Of a stretch of 11,449 nucleotides of DNA, positions 1 through 7,541 are shown piece by piece. Source of the stretch: Arcobacter sp. (GTDB lineage: Bacteria > Campylobacterota > Campylobacteria > Campylobacterales > Arcobacteraceae); the NCBI GenBank assembly GCA_965662175.1, contig CBFIGT010000072.1, forward strand, positions 1-11,449, read 5' to 3'. A model generated the notes under the pieces. That model made no database searches, was not told the DNA's origin, and saw only the letters and a list, made by a program, of their open reading frames with translations. The position numbers were made by a program, and so were the translations under genes. Numbering within the stretch: the stretch's first letter is position 1; every line of letters begins with the position of its first letter.

Positions 1-56
1 GGTTTTGGAAACTGATGATAGTTTAATGCCTCTTCTTTACTAACCGCTTTACTCAT
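1..56 (-). CDS. maeB: 5' end (partial) of NADP-dependent malic enzyme (MaeB-like); runs off the left edge
   Basis: Not in the ORF track. Reverse complement from ATG at 56 reads MSKAVSKEEALNYHQFPK(P), matching the typical malic enzyme N-terminus 'EALxYHxxPxPGK'; purine-rich RBS AGGGG at 66-70 (- strand). Only 18 full codons visible. Confidence 0.75.
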   Translation of the reverse strand, partial: MSKAVSKEEALNYHQFPK

Positions 57-96
57 AATTAAATTCCCCTCTTAATTTTTTAAATAAATTGGTAAA

Positions 97-102
97 ATTG
101 TA
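97..102 (-). promoter_or_regulatory. Putative sigma70 -10 box (gtTACAAT) for the malic enzyme gene
   Basis: Minus strand reads TTTTAGTTACAAT, fitting the Campylobacterota gnTAnAAT consensus about 40 nt upstream of the ATG. AT-rich background limits certainty. Confidence 0.4.
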
Positions 103-220
103 ACTAAAAGAAACTTAATTTTTATAAAAATAATAATTTAATTGATATTTATAAATTTTAATTTTATTTTAAGTTTTAAAAACATAATTTGTACACTTTT
201 TTAACATGGTTTATACATAA

Positions 221-898
221 TTAATGACTTTTAATAAAAGCAACAATTGAAAATCTTCCACAATTTTTATCTAATCTATAAGAAAAATATGGTTTTTTAG
301 AGCATTTTGTACAAATATTTGATATTTCAATATCAAAAACACCAATATTATTAAGCTGTTTTTTATTAATTCCTTGCAAATCAATATATCTATTTTTTGA
401 AAACTCTTTTCCATAGGTTTTAATAACTATCTCTTCAAGTTCATTTGAAACCTCATAACAACACTTTTGTATAGATGGACCTAAATAGACCTCTAAATTC
501 TCAAAATCCGTACCAAAATTACTTTTCATTTTTAAAGCAGTTTTTGAAGCAATATTTAAAAAAGTGGAGTTTCTTCCAGCATGAATTACAGCAATAACGC
601 TATTTTTTTTATCATACATAAAAATAGGAATACAATCAGCAACCATAACCATAATAGGTAGATTTTTTTGATTAGTAATCAAAGCATCACAATTATCTGT
701 TAAACTTGGGGAATCAAAATCCACTATTTCTATATTATCTCCATGTATTTGATTCATATATTTTAGATTTTTTATATCAAAATCATGTTTTTTTGATAGT
801 TTAAGCCGATTATTGTCAACGTTACTTTTTTCATCATTAACATGATAAGCTATATTTCCATCGAAAGTTGTTGTCGTTATCTTTACTACTTTGTCCAT
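221..898 (-). CDS. pgeF: PgeF/YfiH family (laccase-domain) peptidoglycan editing factor / purine nucleoside phosphorylase
   Basis: Motifs QIHGD, DALIT, MVADCIPI, IHAGR, GPSIQKCCYEV, CTKC and FSYR; His-Cys-His metal/catalytic residues intact. Confidence 0.9.
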   Translation of the reverse strand: MDKVVKITTTTFDGNIAYHVNDEKSNVDNNRLKLSKKHDFDIKNLKYMNQIHGDNIEIVDFDSPSLTDNCDALITNQKNLPIMVMVADCIPIFMYDKKNSVIAVIHAGRNSTFLNIASKTALKMKSNFGTDFENLEVYLGPSIQKCCYEVSNELEEIVIKTYGKEFSKNRYIDLQGINKKQLNNIGVFDIEISNICTKCSKKPYFSYRLDKNCGRFSIVAFIKSH

Positions 899-968
899 AA
901 TATACTCTTATTTTTGATTTAATTTAATTTATCATAATTAATTTAATCTACTCTTATTTATCTTTAGA

Positions 969-974
969 TAGAAT
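969..974 (+). promoter_or_regulatory. Putative sigma70 -10 box (gaTAGAAT) for aroE
   Basis: TTTAGATAGAAT, with RBS AAGGA at 988-992 and ATG at 998. Confidence 0.5.
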
Positions 975-997
975 CACATTTTAATATAAGGAATTAG

Positions 998-1801
998 ATG
1001 TCAGAAAATAAAGAAAAATTTTTAATATTTGGAGATCCAATTGAACACTCAAAATCTCCACAAATGCAAAATAGTGGTTTTTCACACTTAGGTTTAGACT
1101 GTTATTATGAAAAATACCACTTAATTGATGGTAAAAAACTAAAAGATATATTTAAAAAACAAAATGCAAAAGGTGCAAATATTACTGTTCCCCATAAAGA
1201 ACAAGCATACGCTCAAGCTGATGAAGTTGTAGGAATTGCAAATGAAATCCAAGCTGTTAATACTTATATAAAAAAAGATGGGAAAATAAAAGCATATAAT
1301 ACTGATGCTCCTGGATTTATGAAAGCAATAGAAGATTTTGGAAAAATAAAAACTGTACTACTTTTAGGTGCAGGAGGTACAGCAAAAGCTATTTCTTTAG
1401 CACTTAAAGAAGCAAATATAGAAGTAACTGTATTAAATAGAAGTGCCAATAGACTAGAGTTTTTTAAAGAGCAGGGATTTAAAACTTATACTTGGGATAA
1501 CTTTCAAATGAATCACTTTGACTTAGTCGTAAACTCAACAAGTGCAGGACTTAAAGATGATGATTATCCTTTGAAAAAAACCACACTAGAGAGTATTTTC
1601 TTAAATGCAAAATATGCTTTTGACTGTGTATATGGAAGAGAAACACCATTTTTAAAACTAGCAAAAGAAGAGGGTTTAAAATCAAAAGATGGAGAAGATA
1701 TGCTTTTATATCAAGGGGTTTTAGCATTTGAATTATTTACTGACACAAAAGCCGATGAAGCCTTAGTTGAGGCAATGAGAAAAGGACTAAAAGGAGAATA
1801 A
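998..1801 (+). CDS. aroE: Shikimate dehydrogenase
   Basis: GDPIEHSKSP, GANITVPHKE (catalytic Lys), AVNT, YNTD (catalytic Asp), Rossmann GAGGTA, LNRS, VNSTSAG, DGEDMLLYQG. Confidence 0.97.
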   Translation: MSENKEKFLIFGDPIEHSKSPQMQNSGFSHLGLDCYYEKYHLIDGKKLKDIFKKQNAKGANITVPHKEQAYAQADEVVGIANEIQAVNTYIKKDGKIKAYNTDAPGFMKAIEDFGKIKTVLLLGAGGTAKAISLALKEANIEVTVLNRSANRLEFFKEQGFKTYTWDNFQMNHFDLVVNSTSAGLKDDDYPLKKTTLESIFLNAKYAFDCVYGRETPFLKLAKEEGLKSKDGEDMLLYQGVLAFELFTDTKADEALVEAMRKGLKGE

Positions 1802-1815
1802 AATTCTCTTTTTAG
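1787..1815 (+). terminator. Putative intrinsic terminator hairpin overlapping the aroE stop
   Basis: CTAAAAGGAGAAT (1787-1799) pairs with ATTCTCTTTTTAG (1803-1815): 13 bp with one G-U pair, T-run in the 3' arm. Confidence 0.55.
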
Positions 1816-1960
1816 CTACACATGTATTAGTATATACCTATGAAAATGGAGTAATTTTACTCTCAATCACATAGGCTATCTTAAAATTCCACCTACAAAT
1901 CCAAATTTAAATATTAATAATTAAATCATTTATATGCTACGATGTAATAATATATACTTA
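1815..1960. repeat. Imperfect intergenic direct repeat (copies at about 1815-1840 and 1936-1960)
   Basis: GCTACACATGTATTAGTATATACCTA versus GCTAC-GATGTAATAATATATACTTA: one gap, four mismatches. Confidence 0.5.
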
Positions 1961-1977
1961 AGTAAATAATAGAGGAG
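1953..1977 (+). promoter_or_regulatory. Putative -10 (TATACT, 1953-1958) and RBS (GAGGAG, 1972-1977) of the P-type ATPase
   Basis: Motifs read directly; ATG at 1984. Palindrome TACTTAAGTA (1955-1964) overlaps the -10. Confidence 0.45.
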
Positions 1978-1983
1978 ACTGCT

Positions 1984-4656
1984 ATGAAACATCTTATAGA
2001 TAAGGATTGGCACAGTATTGAAAAAAAAGATCTTATTGAGATTTTTGATACTGATGAGTTTAATGGCTTAGGTAAGTTATCTATTAAACATAAAGAAGAG
2101 TTTTTTGGGAAAAATGAATTAAGCAAAAAAAAAGAAGACTCTTTAATAAAGAAGTTTTTTCTACAATTTCATAATGCACTTATTTATATATTATTAGGGG
2201 CTTCATTAATTACTTTTTTATTGCAAGAGTATATTGATAGTGGTGTAATTTTTGGCGTTGTTATAATCAATGTGCTAATTGGATTTATTCAAGAAATAAA
2301 AGCACAAAATGCAATAAACTCTCTAAAACAACTTATGATAACCCAAGCAGTTGTAATAAGAGATGGAGAAAAAATAGATATATCTTCTTTAGATATAGTT
2401 CCTGGAGATATTGTATTTCTAGAATCAGGCTCTAAAGTTCCAGCTGATTTAAGACTTATTGATATAAAAGATTTGAAAATAGATGAATCTATGCTAACGG
2501 GTGAATCTCTTCCTTCAACAAAAACTGTTGATAATCTTATAAAAGACACCACAATAAATGATAGAAAAAACATGGCATTTTCAGGTACGTATGTTACTTA
2601 TGGAAGAGCAAAGGGTTTAGTTGTAGCAACTGGTGATTATACTCAAATTGGTAAAATATCAAACTTGATTGATGATGCCTCAATTTTAGAAACTCCTTTA
2701 ACTCAAAAAATATCTGCATTTAGTAAGTTATTGTTATATGTAATCTTATTCTTAGCATTGATTACTTTTTTTGTAGGAGTGTTACGTGATAATAGTGCTG
2801 TAGATATGTTTATGGCTTCTGTTGCACTTGCTGTGGGTTCTATTCCTGAGGGATTACCTGCTGCTGTTACAATAACATTAGCAATAGGCGTTAGTATTAT
2901 GGCAAAGAAAAATGCTATCATAAGAAAGTTGCCTGCAGTTGAAACATTAGGAAGTGTTACTACCATTTGTTCAGATAAAACAGGTACATTAACTCAAAAT
3001 AAAATGAGCGTAACAGATATTTACACTCCTTTAGATGGAGCATTTGTTGTCACAGGAGAGGGATATAAACCTCATGGAGATTTTTTTCAAAATAATACAA
3101 AAATTGAAAAGATGCCAAACTCATTGGAAACTCTTTTAAAATGTGGATACTTATGTAATGAATCTTATCTTGTACAAAAAGAGAATAATTACCTAATAAA
3201 AGGTGATCCTACAGAGGGTGCTTTAATCGTAGCAGCTTTAAAAAGTGGACTTGTTGAACATAGCATGAATCATACTTATCCAAGGCTAGACATTTTACCT
3301 TTTGAATCAGATAGACAATATATGGCAACTCTCCATGAAAATCAAGAAAAAAATGAACATGAAATATTTTTAAAAGGTTCATTGGAAAAAGTTTTAAATC
3401 TCTGTTTAGGACAAGATAATGAAAAAATCACTCAAATAGCACAAGAGTATGCATCAAGAGGTTTAAGAATATTAGCACTTGCAAAAAAAACTATTGAAGA
3501 TAATCATATTAAAAATTCTCTCTTAAAAGATAGTTTTGAATTTTTGGGTCTTATTGCTATGATGGATCCACCAAGAGTAGAGGCAATTGAGGCGGTTAAA
3601 GAAGTTCATAAAGCAGGTATAAATGTTATTATGATAACAGGAGACCATCCTCAAACTGCTTTTTCAATCGCAAAAATGATGGATATTGTTCCAATAGATT
3701 CACTCTATGAAGATGTTGTTTTAAAAGGAGTTGAACTCTATAATTTAACAGATACAGAACTTATTGAAAAAGTAAAAAATGTAAAAATATTTGCAAGAGT
3801 AGAGCCTGAACAAAAGCTTAGAATTGTTGATGCTTTACAATCACGAGGAGAAATCGTAGCAATGACAGGGGATGGTGTAAACGATGCACCTGCATTAAAA
3901 CAAGCAAATATTGGTGTTGCAATGGGCCTTGGAGGAACAGAAGTAGCTAAAGAGGCTTCTGATATGATATTAAGTGATGATAACTTTAGCTCAATAGCAC
4001 AAGCTGTTAAAGAGGGAAGAAATGTATTTGATAATTTAGTTAAATTTATAACATGGACACTTCCTACCAATCTTGGAGAGGGTTTAGTTATTTTGTTTGC
4101 TATTATGTTTGGTTTATCTTTACCTATTTTACCTGTCCAAATTTTATGGATAAATATGTCTACTGCTGTTTTATTAGGACTTATGCTTGTTTTTGAACCT
4201 AAAGAGGATGGAATAATGAATAGACCTCCAAGAGATCCAAATAAGCCAATATTAACTAAACCTCTAGTTTATCAAATGTTTATAGTCGGATTTTATATGT
4301 TGGTTTCATCTTTTGTGCTATTTAATTATTATAGTTCAAACGGATATAGCTTAGAGTATGCAAGAACAGTTGCTGTTAATGTATTTGTATTTATTGAGCT
4401 TTTTTATCTCTTTAACTGTAAAGAACTTACAAAAAGTGTTTTTCAAACAGATATTTTAAATAATAAATATCTCCTTGGAGGAGCTGCCACTATGAGTTTT
4501 GTACAAATTTTATTTACCCACACTTCAACTATGAATAGTATATTTAAAACAGAACCTTTAGAATTTTCAACATGGATTGTAATAATTCTTACATCATTTT
4601 GTGTAATATTTGTAGTGGAGGGAATGCAAAAAGTTATAGGGATTAAAAGAACTTGA
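1984..4656 (+). CDS. Cation-transporting P-type ATPase, P2A-like (Pma1/CtpF-type)
   Basis: VPAD, DESMLTGES (actuator), IPEGLP (M4), DKTGTLT (phospho-Asp331), GDPTE, DPPR, MITGD, FARVEPEQK, MTGDGVNDAPALKQA; M5 TLPTNLGEG and M6 QILWINMSTA typical of the CtpF/Pma1 subgroup; multiple hydrophobic segments. Confidence 0.93.
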   Translation: MKHLIDKDWHSIEKKDLIEIFDTDEFNGLGKLSIKHKEEFFGKNELSKKKEDSLIKKFFLQFHNALIYILLGASLITFLLQEYIDSGVIFGVVIINVLIGFIQEIKAQNAINSLKQLMITQAVVIRDGEKIDISSLDIVPGDIVFLESGSKVPADLRLIDIKDLKIDESMLTGESLPSTKTVDNLIKDTTINDRKNMAFSGTYVTYGRAKGLVVATGDYTQIGKISNLIDDASILETPLTQKISAFSKLLLYVILFLALITFFVGVLRDNSAVDMFMASVALAVGSIPEGLPAAVTITLAIGVSIMAKKNAIIRKLPAVETLGSVTTICSDKTGTLTQNKMSVTDIYTPLDGAFVVTGEGYKPHGDFFQNNTKIEKMPNSLETLLKCGYLCNESYLVQKENNYLIKGDPTEGALIVAALKSGLVEHSMNHTYPRLDILPFESDRQYMATLHENQEKNEHEIFLKGSLEKVLNLCLGQDNEKITQIAQEYASRGLRILALAKKTIEDNHIKNSLLKDSFEFLGLIAMMDPPRVEAIEAVKEVHKAGINVIMITGDHPQTAFSIAKMMDIVPIDSLYEDVVLKGVELYNLTDTELIEKVKNVKIFARVEPEQKLRIVDALQSRGEIVAMTGDGVNDAPALKQANIGVAMGLGGTEVAKEASDMILSDDNFSSIAQAVKEGRNVFDNLVKFITWTLPTNLGEGLVILFAIMFGLSLPILPVQILWINMSTAVLLGLMLVFEPKEDGIMNRPPRDPNKPILTKPLVYQMFIVGFYMLVSSFVLFNYYSSNGYSLEYARTVAVNVFVFIELFYLFNCKELTKSVFQTDILNNKYLLGGAATMSFVQILFTHTSTMNSIFKTEPLEFSTWIVIILTSFCVIFVVEGMQKVIGIKRT

Positions 4657-4671
4657 TTTTACCATATGTAC

Positions 4672-4697
4672 AAATAAGCCAATATTTAGCCTTATTT
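4672..4697. terminator. Weak hairpin after the ATPase stop, possible terminator
   Basis: AAATAAG (4672-4678) and CTTATTT (4691-4697) are inverted repeats with partial inner pairing GCCAA/TTAGC. Low GC, weak. Confidence 0.3.
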
Positions 4698-4752
4698 TAT
4701 TAACATAAACGATTTAAACTTATACATACTACAAATTTTAAAGGACTTAAAT

Positions 4753-5397
4753 TTGAGAAAATCAATTAAACATATTAAAAAATTATCAAACTATGCACTT
4801 GTAGGTGGTCTTGGAGCTTTTTTAGTTGCAGGTCTTACTGGTTGCGAAGACAAAAATGCTAATGGACAAAATCAAGGTCAAAGCGATGCTTTTACACAAG
4901 CAAATCAAAAACAAGGTGCATTTGTAATTATCGAGGAGAGTAGTGATGGAAGATATGCAATTGCTGATGAGTTTCCATCTTCTAAAACTACAATTGTATT
5001 AAGAAAACCAGATGGAACTGAAAGAATATTATCAGAAGAAGAGATTAATAAATTAGTTAAAGAAGAGGAAGCTAAAATTGATGCTGGGACTTCACCTTTA
5101 ACAAATCCTGAAATGTCAAATGGTGGTATGGGACTTGGTGGAATTTTATTATCATCAATTGCAGGTGCTATGATTGGGTCTTGGTTAGGTAATAAACTAT
5201 TTAACAATCAAAACTTTCAAAACCAAAGAAAAGCACAATATAAATCACCACAAACATACTCAAAAAGTCAAAGCTCATTTTCTAAACCAGCAGCTTCATC
5301 ATCACCTGCTAAAAAAAGTGGATTTTTTGGAAGTAATTCATCATCTTCTAAATCTTCATCCTCTTTTGGTTCTAGATCTGGGTCATTTGGAGGATAA
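4753..5397 (+). CDS. UPF0323-family lipoprotein (Cj0371/HP0232-like) with Ser/Gly-rich C-terminal tail
   Basis: TTG start with RBS AAGGA (4741-4745); basic N-terminus, hydrophobic stretch and lipobox LTG-C (Cys31); GAFVIIEE motif; glycine-zipper segment MGLGGILLSSIAGAMIGSWLG; tail KKSGFFG...GSFGG; directly upstream of a Gsp-synthase-like gene, as in Campylobacter/Helicobacter. Confidence 0.85.
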   Translation: MRKSIKHIKKLSNYALVGGLGAFLVAGLTGCEDKNANGQNQGQSDAFTQANQKQGAFVIIEESSDGRYAIADEFPSSKTTIVLRKPDGTERILSEEEINKLVKEEEAKIDAGTSPLTNPEMSNGGMGLGGILLSSIAGAMIGSWLGNKLFNNQNFQNQRKAQYKSPQTYSKSQSSFSKPAASSSPAKKSGFFGSNSSSSKSSSSFGSRSGSFGG

Positions 5398-6576
5398 ATG
5401 AAATTAGAAAAATTAAAACCTCTTACTAAAGAGTACCTAGAATCTATAGGTTTTGTATGGCATACAGATAGCGATGGAACTTCATATATAAATGATGAAC
5501 TTGTAGTAATTAGTGATGAAGAGGCTGAAAACTATTATAATGCTTGTAATGAACTATATGATATGTTTTGTGAAGCCGGTGAACATGTTATTGAAAACAA
5601 TCTATTTCATGAGTTAAATATTCCATTTAATTTAATTGAAACTATTAAAAACTCTTGGGCTGAGGATGTTCATTGGCATATATATTCAAGATTTGATTTA
5701 GCGGGTGGAATTGATGGAAAACCTATTAAACTAATTGAGTTTAATGCAGATACACCAACATCAGTTTTTGAAACAGCAATTATCCAATGGGCAATGTTAA
5801 AATTCAATGATTTAACAGATGTTAATCAATTTAATAATTTATATGATGCACTAAAAGATAACTTCAAAAGAATTATTACTCTTGATGGGGATGTTGAAAA
5901 ATTTGAAGAGTATTATAAAGATTTAGGCTGGAAGATTTTATTCTCATCTATTAGTGGTGATGGGGAAGATGAAAATACTACTAAGCTACTACAACATATT
6001 GCAAATGAAGCTGGTTTTAATACTGATTTTGAATATATAGAAAATGTAGAGTTTAGCGATGAGGGTATTTTTAAAGGTGATGTTAATTTTGAGTTTTGGT
6101 TTAAACTAATTCCTTGGGAAAATATAGCTATTGATGAGGGTGAGTTAGCTCTAATTTTAGAAGAGATTATTACTAATCAAAAAGCGATTATTTTTAATCC
6201 TGCTTATACAATTATGTTTCAATCAAAGGGATTTATGAAAATTCTTTGGGATTTATATCCAAATCATCCCCTTCTACTTGAAACTTCATTTGAGCCACTT
6301 GTTGGAAAAAAACAAGTTGAAAAAAGATGTTTTGGAAGAGAGGGAGCTAATGTTGCTATTATAAATGCTGATAACTCTTTGGATGAAAAAACAGATGGTG
6401 CTTATGAGGGATTTAAAGCAATTTACCAAGAGTATGTTGAGCTACCAAAAGATGAAAATGGAGACTATTATCAAGCTGGAGTTTTCTACTCTTTTGAAGC
6501 TTGTGCCTTAGGTTTTAGAAAAGGTGGAAAAATACTTGACAATATGTCAAAGTTTGTAGGTCATATGATAGGATAG
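5398..6576 (+). CDS. Glutathionylspermidine synthase family ATP-grasp ligase (YgiC/YjfC-like, synthetase domain only)
   Basis: YSRFDL, LIEFNADTPTS, GEDENT, FKLIPWE, FNPAY..FQSKG, VEKRCFGREGANV, IYQEY, LGFR; 392 aa with no N-terminal amidase domain; ATG directly follows the upstream TAA. Confidence 0.92.
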   Translation: MKLEKLKPLTKEYLESIGFVWHTDSDGTSYINDELVVISDEEAENYYNACNELYDMFCEAGEHVIENNLFHELNIPFNLIETIKNSWAEDVHWHIYSRFDLAGGIDGKPIKLIEFNADTPTSVFETAIIQWAMLKFNDLTDVNQFNNLYDALKDNFKRIITLDGDVEKFEEYYKDLGWKILFSSISGDGEDENTTKLLQHIANEAGFNTDFEYIENVEFSDEGIFKGDVNFEFWFKLIPWENIAIDEGELALILEEIITNQKAIIFNPAYTIMFQSKGFMKILWDLYPNHPLLLETSFEPLVGKKQVEKRCFGREGANVAIINADNSLDEKTDGAYEGFKAIYQEYVELPKDENGDYYQAGVFYSFEACALGFRKGGKILDNMSKFVGHMIG

Positions 6577-6578
6577 AG

Positions 6579-7538
6579 TTAATCTATTCTATCAAAACTT
6601 TTAATATAGTTTTCCATATGTGAAAAATTTACTTTTTCATCAAACTCTATATGCATATCCATCAAAATTAGATTTTTTATATTAAATTTTTCTAGCTTTA
6701 CCAAATCTTTTGAAGTTGTTAGTATCATATAATCTTTGTATTGATTTTGAACCACATCAATATCAATTTGAGTAAAATTATAGTGGTCAGGGAAAGAGAT
6801 TAGTTCTGTATTTTTTGGTACAAAATCTAAAAGTCTCTTTGCCTTTGATATTGCTGTTAATATAACTAATTTATTAGCTAGTTTATCAACTTCTTCACCA
6901 TCTTTTTTAAATTTTATAATTCTTTTAAAATCTTCACCCTCTTTTAAAACCATTTGCGCAAGACTATACATCATTTTAGGTTCTCTATATCCGCCACTTG
7001 GTAAACAAAATATATTTTCAGGCTCTTTTTTGGGTCTTAATAAAATATCAAATTTTGCTATTTTATATTTTGAAAAACCATCATCTAAAAAAACAACTTT
7101 TGAACCTAATTCAATAGCTTTTAAAATAGCCTTTTCTCTATTTTCACTAACTATTACAGTGGCTTTTTTTAGAGCTTTTGCTAAAAGCATAGCTTCATCA
7201 CCACTTATATTTATGTTCTCTAATATTTTTCCATTATGACTAATTATATATAAACCCTTTGACTCTCTTCCATAGCCTCTTAATATAACAGCTACATTTT
7301 CTCTGTTTTTAGCTAAAGCAATAGTAATAGGTGTTTTTCCACTTCCACCAACTATTAAGTTTCCAATTGAAATAATAGGAATACCAAAGTTTTTTGGAGT
7401 TGAAGAGACTCTTTTAAAAGAGACTATAATCATATAAATAAGTGTAAAAGGAATAAATAAAAATGAGATAATTTTTTGAAAAGTTGTTGGAAAGAAGAGA
7501 TACTCTTCAATCCAAATATTTAGTTTCTGTTTTAACAA
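6579..7538 (-). CDS. lpxK: Tetraacyldisaccharide 4'-kinase (lipid A biosynthesis)
   Basis: PIISIGNLIVGGSGKTP (Walker A), ILRGYGR, SGDEA, FLDDGF (Walker B), CLPSGGYRE, FPDHY, TTSKDLVKL. Confidence 0.95.
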   Translation of the reverse strand: MLKQKLNIWIEEYLFFPTTFQKIISFLFIPFTLIYMIIVSFKRVSSTPKNFGIPIISIGNLIVGGSGKTPITIALAKNRENVAVILRGYGRESKGLYIISHNGKILENINISGDEAMLLAKALKKATVIVSENREKAILKAIELGSKVVFLDDGFSKYKIAKFDILLRPKKEPENIFCLPSGGYREPKMMYSLAQMVLKEGEDFKRIIKFKKDGEEVDKLANKLVILTAISKAKRLLDFVPKNTELISFPDHYNFTQIDIDVVQNQYKDYMILTTSKDLVKLEKFNIKNLILMDMHIEFDEKVNFSHMENYIKSFDRID

Positions 7539-7541
7539 ATA

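Noticed and set aside
118..131. Perfect palindrome ATTTTTATAAAAAT upstream of the malic enzyme gene
   Set aside because: Only A/T in an extremely AT-rich spacer; expected by chance and no second copy seen.
1264..1449. 61-aa minus-strand ORF
   Set aside because: Antisense shadow inside aroE; no motif.
1840..1900. Match to known riboswitches (yybP-ykoY, fluoride) suggested by ATGGAGTA
   Set aside because: Remaining consensus elements and stems are not recognisable; kept only as an unassigned hairpin.
2125..2133. A9 homopolymer in the ATPase as a phase-variation tract
   Set aside because: Frame is intact, A-runs are common in Lys codons here, and Campylobacterota contingency tracts are typically poly-G/C; none seen.
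1926..4070. Minus-strand ORFs 1926-2126, 2289-2573, 2703-2966 and 3738-4070
   Set aside because: Antisense shadows of the P-type ATPase with Ser/Ile/Phe-rich composition typical of reverse frames.
4710..4715. CGATTT as a sigma28 -10 element before the lipoprotein gene
   Set aside because: Short motif without supporting context; an overlapping TAAACT could equally be a sigma70 -10, and sigma28 presence in this organism is unknown.
4905..5207. 100-aa minus-strand ORF
   Set aside because: Antisense to the well-supported lipoprotein gene.
5270..5394. TCA/TCT-rich stretch as a DNA tandem repeat or array
   Set aside because: Explained by poly-Ser coding with mixed codons; no fixed repeat-spacer period.
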